Of a DNA stretch of 64,000 bases, positions 36,025 to 45,221 are shown in pieces. The notes under the pieces are model-generated. The model was not told where the DNA came from, searched no databases, and saw only the letters and a list, made by a program, of their open reading frames with translations. Made by a program: the position numbers and the translations under genes. Source of the stretch: a virus. Its lineage: Duplodnaviria > Caudoviricetes. The stretch lies in the IMG/VR virus record IMGVR_UViG_3300036784_000078, positions 3,442 to 67,441 of that record. The stretch is one strand, 5' to 3'. The first letter of the stretch is position 1, and every line of letters starts with the position of its first letter.

Positions 36025-36712
36025 GACGATGACCCTGTCTGACTACCTCAATCTGATCACGCCATACCACGCGCAGCGCCCGCGTTTCGTCAATATGATC
36101 GCGGTGCTGGTGCAAGCGCTGGTCGATGCCCAGACCATGCTCGGGCAGATGACCGCGGACTTCGATCTGGATACCGCGATCGGCGTGCAGCTCGATATCC
36201 TCGGCCAGTGGATCGGGCGGTCGCGCTACCTGCAACTGCCGATCACCGGGGTCTATTTCACCTTCCACATGCCGGGCGACGCCGATGCCCGTGATGGCTT
36301 CGACCAGGGGATCTGGCTCGGCCCCTATGACCCGACAACCGGGGTGGTGGCGCTGCCGGACGACACCTATCGCAAGGTGTTGCAGCTACAGGCGATCGCC
36401 AACGAATGGGACGGCACGCTGGGGTCGATCCAGGCGGCGTTCAACACGGTGTTCCCCGGTGTGGCGGTGCAGGACCGAGGCGATGTCGCCGGCGGGCTGA
36501 TGTCGATGGACGTGCTGATCCCCGGCGTCGAAATGAACAGTCTGTTGCTGGGGGTGCTCTCCCAAGATTTCCCGATAAAACCCTCTGGTGTTCACGTGAA
36601 TATCATCGAGACAACGATCTCGACGCAACCGATCTTCGGGTTCGATGTCGATGGTGCGATCATCGGCGGTTTCGATGAGGGAGCTTGGGGCAAAGTGATC
36701 TTGTCGGCTTAA
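36023..36712 (+). CDS. Baseplate wedge protein (DUF2612 family)
   Basis: YLNLIT..H..RPRF, FDLDTAIGVQLDILGQWIG, NEWDGT, IKPSGV motifs. Confidence 0.9.
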   Translation: MTMTLSDYLNLITPYHAQRPRFVNMIAVLVQALVDAQTMLGQMTADFDLDTAIGVQLDILGQWIGRSRYLQLPITGVYFTFHMPGDADARDGFDQGIWLGPYDPTTGVVALPDDTYRKVLQLQAIANEWDGTLGSIQAAFNTVFPGVAVQDRGDVAGGLMSMDVLIPGVEMNSLLLGVLSQDFPIKPSGVHVNIIETTISTQPIFGFDVDGAIIGGFDEGAWGKVILSA

Positions 36713-37362
36713 AGTTGGAGTTCGCCCTGCTTGGTAGAGTGAGCGCGTTGTTTGGCTTGCAATGTTTTCCGCGCAAGCCCTTGCAGTGATTCCATCGCTA
36801 TTCTTGCTTGCATCAGACGCTCGCCGGTGAATGTTCGACCTTTCAAGGCCGCGCTGATCTTTCTTTTTGTCTCTGGGGAACATGGCTTGCGTTTGATACC
36901 TTTGTGGGATCGGCTCATTTTCTTGCGCGTCGCTGGGGAAGCCTTCTGTCCGGTGTTGATCGCTGCGAGATGCGCGCGCACAGCTTCGGATCGCTTCTTG
37001 CCGCGGTTTCCAACACCAATCTTGGCACGAATATCGATAGGCATCGTCCAACCTGTTGCACCTGCTCCATCGCTTTTATTGGCTAGTGGGCCAGAGGGAT
37101 ACCGCCCAATAGCGGCGATCAGCGCCCTTTCAGTGACTATCGCTTGTTCCTGGGTTAGATGTTCGCGGACTTTGACTTTAGGGATGTCGGTCCAGCCATT
37201 GGCCCGCATCCTGGCGATGATACGATTCTTGTGTGACCGCGCCTTCGATGGTCTGCGCTCGTGATCGTACCAACGGTTGCCTTGGCCGAGACCGACATAG
37301 AACGGAACGCCGGTCTCGCGGAACAACACATACACGTAGTATGTTAAGCCAGCCTTGCTCAT
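36709..37362 (-). CDS. GIY-YIG-like homing endonuclease with NUMOD3 repeats
   Basis: YYVYVLFRETGVPFYVGLGQGNRW..H; ERALIAAIG..GPLAN; SPETKRKISAALKG; SD GGAG. Confidence 0.87.
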   Translation of the reverse strand: MSKAGLTYYVYVLFRETGVPFYVGLGQGNRWYDHERRPSKARSHKNRIIARMRANGWTDIPKVKVREHLTQEQAIVTERALIAAIGRYPSGPLANKSDGAGATGWTMPIDIRAKIGVGNRGKKRSEAVRAHLAAINTGQKASPATRKKMSRSHKGIKRKPCSPETKRKISAALKGRTFTGERLMQARIAMESLQGLARKTLQAKQRAHSTKQGELQL

Positions 37363-37455
37363 GGGGTTCTCCGTGAGTGAGGTGAGGGCCGGGCCGGTGC
37401 AGCAACACCAGTCCGGTCCGTTTTGTTTAACACGTAGTGATACATGGTGGCAACG

Positions 37456-39234
37456 ATGGCCGAGGTGGACTTTGTCCCGTTTGCATTCGACCCGGCCGCG
37501 AATGTATTGGATTTGCCGGATTACATTAACGTTTCTGTTTCGACTTGGCGTCAGCTTGGTTTCCAGACCGGCACCGCACTGTCGCCGAACCTCAATCGTG
37601 TCTGGCGTCAGGCGTCGCTGATCGCCTCGATGGTGGCGCAGTTCGCCTCGGTCGAAACCGGCAATGACATGATCGACGATGGCAGTACGACCGGGCAGGC
37701 GAACCTGCTGAGCACGTTCACCGCGGCGGTGAAGGCGGTCGGCGGTTCGGGGTTCACTGGCGCCTACCTGCCGCTCGCTGGCGGATCGCTGACCGGGCCG
37801 CTGACGATCACCGGGCAGGCGAACGCGCTGACGATCAATGCGGGGACCGGACAGACCGCCTCGATCGTGATGAATTCGCAGCCGGGCGCGGTGGCGTTTC
37901 TGCTCGGCCAGTCGAATGCGACTGCGAGATGGTTGCTGGAACTGGTGGATGGCACTCCGCAAGGCGGCGCCAATCAGGGCGGCAATTTCGCGCTCTATCG
38001 CTACACCGATGCCGGGGTGCTGATCGACAGTCCCTTGTCGATCGCGCGCAATAGCGGGATCGCGAATTTCAACACGACACCCACCGTCGCGGGCGGCCCG
38101 ATGCCGTTCCTGCCGATCACCGGCGGGACACTGAGCGGGCCGATGTCGGTCGGCGGTACGGGCATCAGCTACGCGGTCGCCCCGGAGGGGGCGGCCCACC
38201 GGATCGGGTTCGGCTGGAACGGCTCGGCGGCCGAGCTGATGGTGGACGGGACGAACCAGGGCTTGCTGGCAACGGAGGGATACGTGGGGGCGGTCGCCGG
38301 CGCCTACCTGCCGCTCGCCGGAGGCACCCTGACCGGCAGCCTCACGGTGGACGGCAACCTCTATGTTGCCGGGAGCGCACAATTCAACTATATCGGGTTC
38401 GGCAACATTGTCGCTTTCGCGGCCTTCTCCGACAGCACGAACAATTACCTACAATGGCAATCGGGCTGGTACGACTATTTCAGCCGGACGACTGGAACGC
38501 GCGCATGGGTTGGCAACAGTTCGTGGGCGATGACGCTGGACGGCAGCGGCAACCTGACTACGCCTGGGTTCATGTGGAGCAGCAATGGTCGAGTGATATC
38601 GAGCGGCGGCCAGCCGTCGGTCACGATGACGATCGGGACTTTTGCCGCCGGCTTCTGGGTGGGTGGCGACGGATTGTGGTTCGGCCAGCTCGATGGCTCG
38701 GGAAACCCGTTCAGCGGCCACATCCGGATGCAGACCGGCGGCGTGCTCGAGGTCTGGCCGGCGTCGTATTTCTATTCGAACCTGGATTGCTCGACGACGG
38801 TCTATGCAGCCAATTTCATCGAATCTGGTGTCGAGCTTGTCACCACGAACAACGACGGCCGCGTGCGCGCGATGGGTATGAGCGGCGGCTCTCTGGCCTG
38901 GGTCGACTCGGACGGCTCAGGGTGGCTCGCCAACACCTACCGCAGCGACCCGATATTCAAGAAGAACATCCGCGAGGCCGACGACTTCGACAGCCTGGGG
39001 GCGATCAGCCGCTTGCCGATCCGGGCGTTCGACTGGCGCGATGAACGGTTCGGGACGCATGTGGCGAACGGTTTCGTCTCGACCGACCTGCGCGCGGTCG
39101 GTATGACCGACGCGGTGCGGCGCTATCCGTGGAAGGACGGCCAGGACGCCGACCACCTCGATATTCTGCCGATTATAGCGCATCTGTGCCGCGCGGTGCG
39201 GCAGTTGAACGCCAAGCTGGAGGGCCTGCGATGA
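37456..39234 (+). CDS. Tail fibre with C-terminal peptidase S74 (intramolecular chaperone) domain
   Basis: DFVPFA...GFQTG..LNRVWRQAS baseplate anchor; three LPLxGGTLTG motifs; SDPIFKKNI...GFVSTDL...coiled coil. Confidence 0.88.
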   Translation: MAEVDFVPFAFDPAANVLDLPDYINVSVSTWRQLGFQTGTALSPNLNRVWRQASLIASMVAQFASVETGNDMIDDGSTTGQANLLSTFTAAVKAVGGSGFTGAYLPLAGGSLTGPLTITGQANALTINAGTGQTASIVMNSQPGAVAFLLGQSNATARWLLELVDGTPQGGANQGGNFALYRYTDAGVLIDSPLSIARNSGIANFNTTPTVAGGPMPFLPITGGTLSGPMSVGGTGISYAVAPEGAAHRIGFGWNGSAAELMVDGTNQGLLATEGYVGAVAGAYLPLAGGTLTGSLTVDGNLYVAGSAQFNYIGFGNIVAFAAFSDSTNNYLQWQSGWYDYFSRTTGTRAWVGNSSWAMTLDGSGNLTTPGFMWSSNGRVISSGGQPSVTMTIGTFAAGFWVGGDGLWFGQLDGSGNPFSGHIRMQTGGVLEVWPASYFYSNLDCSTTVYAANFIESGVELVTTNNDGRVRAMGMSGGSLAWVDSDGSGWLANTYRSDPIFKKNIREADDFDSLGAISRLPIRAFDWRDERFGTHVANGFVSTDLRAVGMTDAVRRYPWKDGQDADHLDILPIIAHLCRAVRQLNAKLEGLR

Positions 39235-39389
39235 GTGATGAGCTGAAGCCGCCTGTCATGCCTATGCCGCCGTTCGCGATCGTCGAGCACGACTGGCGGC
39301 CGACGGTGCCGCCCCGGCCGAAGCCTTCGCCGACGCCTGCGGTCAATCCGCCGGTGGAGCCGCCCGACCCGCAAGCGCCTGACCGATGA
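39231..39389 (+). CDS. Small Pro-rich protein
   Basis: ATGA-coupled on both sides. Confidence 0.45.
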   Translation: MSDELKPPVMPMPPFAIVEHDWRPTVPPRPKPSPTPAVNPPVEPPDPQAPDR

Positions 39390-39616
39390 GCAACCTGCCC
39401 GACCGTAGGAGGGGACGCATGCCGCAGCCGCGCAATCCGGACATCAGCCTGACCCTGGACATGGAGGCGGTGAACAAGATGCTGCGCATTCTGGGCCGCC
39501 AGCCGTTCGAGGACGTGGCGGATCTGATCATGGACATTCGCCAGCAGGCGGCGCCGCAGTTGCAGCAGGCGGCGTCGGCGAACGGCGAGGATCGCCCGGA
39601 CGACCGGCCGCACTGA
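39386..39616 (+). CDS. Small conserved phage protein (fibre-associated)
   Basis: LTLDMEAVNKMLRILGRQPFEDVADLI..IRQQA motif. Confidence 0.65.
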   Translation: MSNLPDRRRGRMPQPRNPDISLTLDMEAVNKMLRILGRQPFEDVADLIMDIRQQAAPQLQQAASANGEDRPDDRPH

Positions 39617-39645
39617 TCCTAGATACATCGCTGTTGCTTGCCTTG

Positions 39646-39681
39646 CCCCCGGCGGTGCGGCCCACCGTCGGGGGTTTTTTT
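39646..39681 (+). terminator. Rho-independent terminator ending the late operon
   Basis: CCCCGGCGGTG/CACCGTCGGGG stem followed by a T8 run. Confidence 0.9.
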
Positions 39682-39950
39682 TATGCCTTGCGCTCGAGCA
39701 GCAGGAGGACGCGGTCGATCTTCTCGTCCATGGTGCTGATGCGGTCGGCGAGAGCATCGAAACGGGTTTCGAGGATTGCCATGCGCCGTTCCATCCCGCC
39801 GATCCGGCCTTCGATGCCGCCGATCCGGTCCTCGATCGTGGAAAAGCGATCGCCGAGGGAGATCATGCGCCGGCGAACATCGGCGACGTCTCTCTGCGTC
39901 GCATCCAGCCGGCGGCCGATGAATTCCAGCGATACAGTGTCGTCCATCAT
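39681..39950 (-). CDS. Small coiled-coil protein
   Basis: Heptads IEDRIGGIEGRIGGMERRM. Confidence 0.65.
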   Translation of the reverse strand: MMDDTVSLEFIGRRLDATQRDVADVRRRMISLGDRFSTIEDRIGGIEGRIGGMERRMAILETRFDALADRISTMDEKIDRVLLLLERKA

Positions 39951-40165
39951 GCGTATCCCTTGCGCCGCTTGCGGGTGAGATAGGTCTCGGCGGCGGCCTG
40001 TGCCTGGGTCTCGGACGGGAACGGTTCGGCGCGGACGGCGCCGGAGCAGCCGATGCGGCCCCATTCATGGACGACCGACCAACGGGCGTCGAGCATCGCC
40101 TGGACGCCGATGGCGTGATACCGCGCCTCGTTGCGGGCCGGATTGCGGCGGCGGATGACGATCAT
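39947..40165 (-). CDS. WGR-domain protein
   Basis: RNEARYH...VVHEWGRIGCSG...KRRKGY. Confidence 0.88.
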   Translation of the reverse strand: MIVIRRRNPARNEARYHAIGVQAMLDARWSVVHEWGRIGCSGAVRAEPFPSETQAQAAAETYLTRKRRKGYA

Positions 40166-40228
40166 CGCGGAATCGTACGCGGGCCGGACTCCGGGCGTCA
40201 ACGGGCTTCGGTCATTCCACGCCTTCCT

Positions 40229-40654
40229 CTACGGCCTGCCACGGCGCTCGCGGACTTCCGGGGTCGGTGCCATGCGCGCGACCTCCTCGATGGAGAGCGG
40301 CTTGCGCCATTGCCGCGTGACCAGCGCCACCTCACGTTCCTCGCCGTCCGGCTCGATCGCCGGCTCATGACTGCCGCACTGGCGGAATATGTGGTCGCGG
40401 ATTGCCTCAATGCGGCGATGCACGGTCGGGCTCCAACGGAGCACCGGCACCGGACGGCGCCGCTCCTGCTGGCACAGGCTGAGGTGCCACAGGGGACGAC
40501 CGCCGGCATACACCGCTCATTCGAGACCAATGTTGACCGTCAGACAGGCGCTCACCTCATCCTGCGCCGATGCCCACCAATAGTGCTCTACGGTGATATG
40601 CTTTTCGGGGTCGAACACCGGGTGGGCCAGGGCGAATTCGATCTGCGATCTCAT
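40229..40654 (-). pseudogene. Hypothetical gene interrupted by an in-frame TGA (40517-40519)
   Basis: SD GAGGA + ATG 40654; 45 codons, TGA, then the same frame stays open for 95 more protein-like codons. Confidence 0.45.
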
Positions 40655-40720
40655 GGGATTCCTCTTGCGTGGCTACGGTGGGGTGTGCGAACGGGCCGTC
40701 GGACAAAACCGGGGGTGTGT

Positions 40721-41104
40721 ATGAACGGGGTGTCGGACAGGGACGATGACGTAGGGCCGTGGACGATCCGGACAATGGCGCGGGCGAGAAGCGAGGCGGC
40801 GGTCGCGGCGGCACAGCGGGCGGGCCAGACGGTCGGCGCCTGGGTCGGTGAGGCGATCGCCGAGAAGATCGCCCGCGAGCGTGAGCCGATCGACGGCGAT
40901 GTGCTGCCGCCGAACGGTCTTGCCGTGATGGCCTCGCCACCCGCCGCCACGGGCGATCCGCCGGTGACGATCGCCATGATCGGCCACGCGGTCGAAATAG
41001 CCGCCCGGCTGGCGGACCTGACCGGCAAGCCGCTGCGGTCGAATTCGCGGCTTGCGATCATGGCGCGGCGGCGTCTGACGACGCTGTTGGACATGTCCGA
41101 CTAA
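40721..41104 (+). CDS. Probable ribbon-helix-helix-type DNA-binding protein
   Basis: PWTIRTM...AAQRAGQTVGAWVGEAI pattern. Confidence 0.6.
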   Translation: MNGVSDRDDDVGPWTIRTMARARSEAAVAAAQRAGQTVGAWVGEAIAEKIAREREPIDGDVLPPNGLAVMASPPAATGDPPVTIAMIGHAVEIAARLADLTGKPLRSNSRLAIMARRRLTTLLDMSD

Positions 41105-41604
41105 GCGGCTGACGCTCGCGGCCGGAAGACCTGAAACGCCATGCGGCAGTGCTCGAGGCAATAGGACCGTCCTGGCTCCGATTCCCGATCGCAGTAGCGG
41201 AAATCCGCGCTGGCCGGATCGCCCATCGGCCAGCAGCAGGGATGGCGGGCGGTGGGATGGTGATCGCGCAGGAAGGGCCGGAGAGCGGGGCGTGGTTGCC
41301 CTGTCGCTGGTTTGTGAGGCGGTTTCGGCCCGGCGGGTGGGGAAGACGTGGGGCGTGCCCTGGCCCCCCGTGGCGGCCCCTTGGGGGCCGATGGCGCGCT
41401 GGCGAGAGGCGGCGCCGGCGGGCGTGATTGGTTCGGGTTGGGACGCGGCGTCAGACCGAGCCGGTGCCGCTTGCCGCAAATGGCGTTGCGCGAGACGCCG
41501 AGCGCGAGGGCGATGGCGCTGGTCTGCATTCCTTCGGCCCATAGCTGGCGCAGGCGCTGCTCCTTGGCGTCGGTCCAGTCGCTATTCGCGATCCGCTTTG
41601 TCAT
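41101..41604 (-). CDS. gcrA: GcrA-like cell-cycle regulator
   Basis: WTDAKEQRLRQLWAEG..SAIA..LGVSRNAICGKRHRLGL; CCWPMGDP...FRYC...SYCLEH. Confidence 0.9.
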   Translation of the reverse strand: MTKRIANSDWTDAKEQRLRQLWAEGMQTSAIALALGVSRNAICGKRHRLGLTPRPNPNQSRPPAPPLASAPSAPKGPPRGARARPTSSPPAGPKPPHKPATGQPRPALRPFLRDHHPTARHPCCWPMGDPASADFRYCDRESEPGRSYCLEHCRMAFQVFRPRASAA

Positions 41605-43274
41605 TCCGCGGCCTCCTGGATGGGGGCCTCGTCGTCGGACGGATCGGTCTCGTCGTCATACGTCATGTCAGACACATCGACGCCCGGAGCGCCGAATTCG
41701 ACCGGGCGCCAGTCGGGCATGCGGCCCACCATGCGCTGGAGCACCTCGGCGCGTTTGCCGGTGGTGGCGATGCCATGTGCCCTGGCGATCTCCAACAGCG
41801 CCTCGCCCTTGAAGCCGCGGAGGATTTCCTCGGTGTCACAGCGCGGCATGCACTGCGCCGCATCGACCATCGAGGCGATCCATTCGGCGGCCGGGCCGGA
41901 GGTGCCGAAATTGGTATTCGGATGGTCGAAGGCGACGATGCCGGCGACGACATCAGCGACGACCTCGGCGATCTCCGCTATGGTCAGGGCTTTGATGTCG
42001 CCTTCGGGGTGCAAGAGCCGCCCGGCCAGTTGGCGGGGATCGATCGCCCCTCTGGTGGTGGAAACATTGTCGGCGGTGAAGCAGAATAGCAGCAGACGTA
42101 CGATGTCTGGCCAGTTGTCCGCCTCGGCCCATTCGGGGATGACGGCTCGCGCGGCTTTGGCGGTGGCCTCGCCTTTCAGGATGGCCAGACTGGTCTGCAC
42201 GGCCTTGGTGATCGGCTCGCGCTGGGGAGCCGGGATGTCCGACGCGGCGTCCGACATTTCCTGCCCGGTGTCGGACAGAGGGTCGGGCGCGGCCGGCTTG
42301 GCGATCGGGATGACGACGCGCTCGACGATGCCGCCGAGGTGATAGCCCTCGCCGCTGACGGCCATGGCGTGCTTGCGTGTGTCGTCCTTGCGCCAGCGCT
42401 TGGGGATCTGGTCCCATGCCAGGGCATAGCCGGTGGGCGGGACCAACTCGCCGCGCTTGTCAGTCCGGGCGACGATGATACGGCCCTTCGACTTCTCGGC
42501 CTTGGCCTGCAAAGCCTGACGCTGTGCGGCGAGAAAGCCTTGCACGTCGGCGGTGGTGAACTGGTTATCGCTGCCGGGCTCGGCGAACAGGTTCTCGTCG
42601 AACCGGACGGCAGCGGTCTCGGTGTCGAAAATGCTGCGGCTGAGCGGAATGCGCTCGCACCGGCACTGGGCGGCGACGGCCCACCAATCTATCTCCTCGT
42701 TCTCGCCGTTGCGCCTGCCGGCGACTTGCTGGAACGCCTCGATCTGCACATCGAGCGGCGCCATTGCCATGATGCGCAAGGTCTGGGTTTCCGGCAGATC
42801 ATCCTCGCGCGAGAGCCGGTCCAGGATCGGCGGAGCGAGCCGGCCGAGCCATTCGAGACGGCGAGCAAAGCGAAGATCGAGCCCGAGTGCGTCGGCGGCG
42901 GCGTTGATGGGGAAGCCCTGGTCGATGAGGGTGGCGACGGCCCGCCACTGATCCACCGGATGCATGGTGCGGCGGACCATGTTCTCAGCCGCCGACACCG
43001 CCGGTGCGATCTCGTCCTCGTTGTCAGCGCTGATGATGGTTGCGGAGATCGAATGCCAGCCGAGGGAACGACACGCAGCGACGCGGCGAGCGCCCGCGGT
43101 GACATAATAGCCGTTCTCGGATGCCGGGGTGGCGCGGACGACGATGGGATGCAACAGCCCGAGCGTGTGGATCGAAGCGGCGAGCAGGTTGATGCTCTCG
43201 TCTCGCGGAGAGGTGCGGCGGGCATTGAACGGGTCCGGCAAGAGGGCGTCGAGCGCGATGGTGATGGTTGTCAT
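41601..43274 (-). CDS. ParB/RepB/Spo0J-family protein
   Basis: LAASIHTLGLLHPIVV...YVTAGARRVAAC; AENMVRRTMHPVDQ; HTH. Confidence 0.88.
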   Translation of the reverse strand: MTTITIALDALLPDPFNARRTSPRDESINLLAASIHTLGLLHPIVVRATPASENGYYVTAGARRVAACRSLGWHSISATIISADNEDEIAPAVSAAENMVRRTMHPVDQWRAVATLIDQGFPINAAADALGLDLRFARRLEWLGRLAPPILDRLSREDDLPETQTLRIMAMAPLDVQIEAFQQVAGRRNGENEEIDWWAVAAQCRCERIPLSRSIFDTETAAVRFDENLFAEPGSDNQFTTADVQGFLAAQRQALQAKAEKSKGRIIVARTDKRGELVPPTGYALAWDQIPKRWRKDDTRKHAMAVSGEGYHLGGIVERVVIPIAKPAAPDPLSDTGQEMSDAASDIPAPQREPITKAVQTSLAILKGEATAKAARAVIPEWAEADNWPDIVRLLLFCFTADNVSTTRGAIDPRQLAGRLLHPEGDIKALTIAEIAEVVADVVAGIVAFDHPNTNFGTSGPAAEWIASMVDAAQCMPRCDTEEILRGFKGEALLEIARAHGIATTGKRAEVLQRMVGRMPDWRPVEFGAPGVDVSDMTYDDETDPSDDEAPIQEAAE

Positions 43275-43525
43275 GGGTGGGTGTCCTTTGATTGTTCGGC
43301 ACGGCAGCGGATCGCCTGGACCATCCCGGCCTTGGTCAGCCGGAGACGGACGAGGCGACCGTCGAGGTCGTCGATCTGGCGGACGGCAAGCTGCCGCCGC
43401 GCCAGCCGGGTGGCCGCGCGAGAGATCGCGGGCTTAGACACGCCGAGGGCCAATGCAGCCTCGGCGGTGGTGATGTCCTGACGCTCGGCCAAAAGCGTCA
43501 GGAGCCGGGAGACCGGGCGCGGCAT
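43271..43525 (-). CDS. MarR-like winged-helix regulator
   Basis: AALALGVSKPAISRAATRL...DGRLVRLRLTKAG. Confidence 0.8.
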   Translation of the reverse strand: MPRPVSRLLTLLAERQDITTAEAALALGVSKPAISRAATRLARRQLAVRQIDDLDGRLVRLRLTKAGMVQAIRCRAEQSKDTHP

Positions 43526-43526
43526 G

Positions 43527-45221
43527 TCACGCCTCGGTCGGCAGTAGTTTGTTCTTCTCGGTGGCGGCGTGATTGAGGCGGTCGAACTCGGCCGGAGCGG
43601 CTTGCCGCAGCGCGGCCATGTGCGGCCGGATCGCCGTGACCAGCTCGTTGAAGCTGGCGCGCGCCGAGAGATCGGAGCCGAGCGCCGCGATGCTGTCGAT
43701 CATCGCAAGCGCCCATGCCGTCGTGGCCGGGGCCGGAGCCGGCTTGTCAGACGCAGCGTCGGACGTTTTGGCCTGACCGTCTGACGTGTCTGACACCATC
43801 AGGTCGGAGAGCCATGCCGGCATGGTGAGACCATTCTCGGCGAACGCCTTGGCGACATGGCGAATTGCCGTAAAGCGCTCGGCGAAGGGAGCCGCGGTGA
43901 ACAAGGGGCGCTGGACCTCGAGCCAGATCGCCAGATCGAAGCCGGGTACGGATACGATGTTGTCGGCGATCAGGAACGGCCATTTGCGCCAGTCCGGTCC
44001 TCCCCGACCGGGCGGCGGCTCAACCGGGGCGGCCCAGAGCGAACCCGGCGCCGCGGTGTCGGTCCCGATTCGTTCAGCTTCTGTGCTCAGTACCTCGGCA
44101 AGAACGGCAGCTGGCTCGGGGTATTGCCGGACGGTCTCGAGCGCGTCGGCGTTGTGATAGGCGAGGCTCTCGCGGTCCGGGGGAAAGGTCCTCTCCCACA
44201 GCGCGACGAACGCCCTGGCCCATGCCATCGGCATCGTGAAGACCTCGCCGGTCTCGGGTTCGCCCCCGTGATCGAGCAAGCACGCCTCGAAGCCGGCCGG
44301 CTTGCGCAACCGCTGGCGCGCGTTTTGGAACGCGACCTTGATGTCGGTTTGCGTGGTCGCCGGGGCGCCATCGACGGTTGCCTTGATGGCAAGCGCGAGC
44401 TGGTCGATGTCCTCGGTGGTCGGGGCGCCGCTGACCCGTTCCATGACGGCGTTGACCCAGCGCCAGCCGGCGGGCTGGCTGGAGAAATAGCCGAGGGCCT
44501 CGCGGACCCACGCGCTTTGCTTTGGGGGCTGGGCCTGGGTCTGCTGGCGTGGTGGTGGCGGCTGGCCGGCCCCGCGCTGTTGTTGTGCCGGCGCTCGCGG
44601 GCTGGACTGCCCGTCGTCGTCGTCGTAGCGCGTCGCGATGCCGAGGGCGGCGCAGAGCAGGGCGCGTTTCTGATAGGTGGCGGTTGATTGATTGCCCTGC
44701 ACCACGGTCTTGTTGACGGTCCCTTTCGCGCCCGCAGTATCCGCCGGGCTGTCGGCGGTGTTGAACGTCTCGAAATGCCCGCCCCTGTGGGTGAGTTTCA
44801 GGACGGTGCGGATCAGGCCATTGTCGAGAAGGTCGGTCGAATAGCTGACCGCGAAGCCGTGCTTGGTCCAGATCGGCGAGCATTCTTCCCAGATGGTCTC
44901 GTATCTGGCATAGCGGGACGACGCCTGATCGTTGCGCGCGTCGCGGCCGATGACCGGCAGTTCCTTCTGCATCGCGGGGTGTGCTGCGAAGTAGGCGAGG
45001 CGGGCCTGTTCGGCGTCGTCCTGGCGGCGCCATTCGCGCTGGCGCTCCATGACGTTCAGCCGGGTTTCGATCAGCAGGCGCAGCTTGTCGGCGTCGATCG
45101 CCGGGTTCTGCGCCGCTTGCATGAGGAAGTCGTCGGCGTCGCTGCCGGCGGCGGTGGCGACGTGCTGGTGGGAGCCGTTGCCGTTGCCGGCTTTGGCGGG
45201 AAGCGTTTCAGCGGCGCTCAT
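43527..45221 (-). CDS. erf: ERF-family single-strand annealing protein with long C-terminal extension
   Basis: YARYETI..HGFAVSY..LTHRGGHFE...QGNQSTATYQKRALLCAALGIA..DDDDGQ. Confidence 0.85.
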   Translation of the reverse strand: MSAAETLPAKAGNGNGSHQHVATAAGSDADDFLMQAAQNPAIDADKLRLLIETRLNVMERQREWRRQDDAEQARLAYFAAHPAMQKELPVIGRDARNDQASSRYARYETIWEECSPIWTKHGFAVSYSTDLLDNGLIRTVLKLTHRGGHFETFNTADSPADTAGAKGTVNKTVVQGNQSTATYQKRALLCAALGIATRYDDDDGQSSPRAPAQQQRGAGQPPPPRQQTQAQPPKQSAWVREALGYFSSQPAGWRWVNAVMERVSGAPTTEDIDQLALAIKATVDGAPATTQTDIKVAFQNARQRLRKPAGFEACLLDHGGEPETGEVFTMPMAWARAFVALWERTFPPDRESLAYHNADALETVRQYPEPAAVLAEVLSTEAERIGTDTAAPGSLWAAPVEPPPGRGGPDWRKWPFLIADNIVSVPGFDLAIWLEVQRPLFTAAPFAERFTAIRHVAKAFAENGLTMPAWLSDLMVSDTSDGQAKTSDAASDKPAPAPATTAWALAMIDSIAALGSDLSARASFNELVTAIRPHMAALRQAAPAEFDRLNHAATEKNKLLPTEA

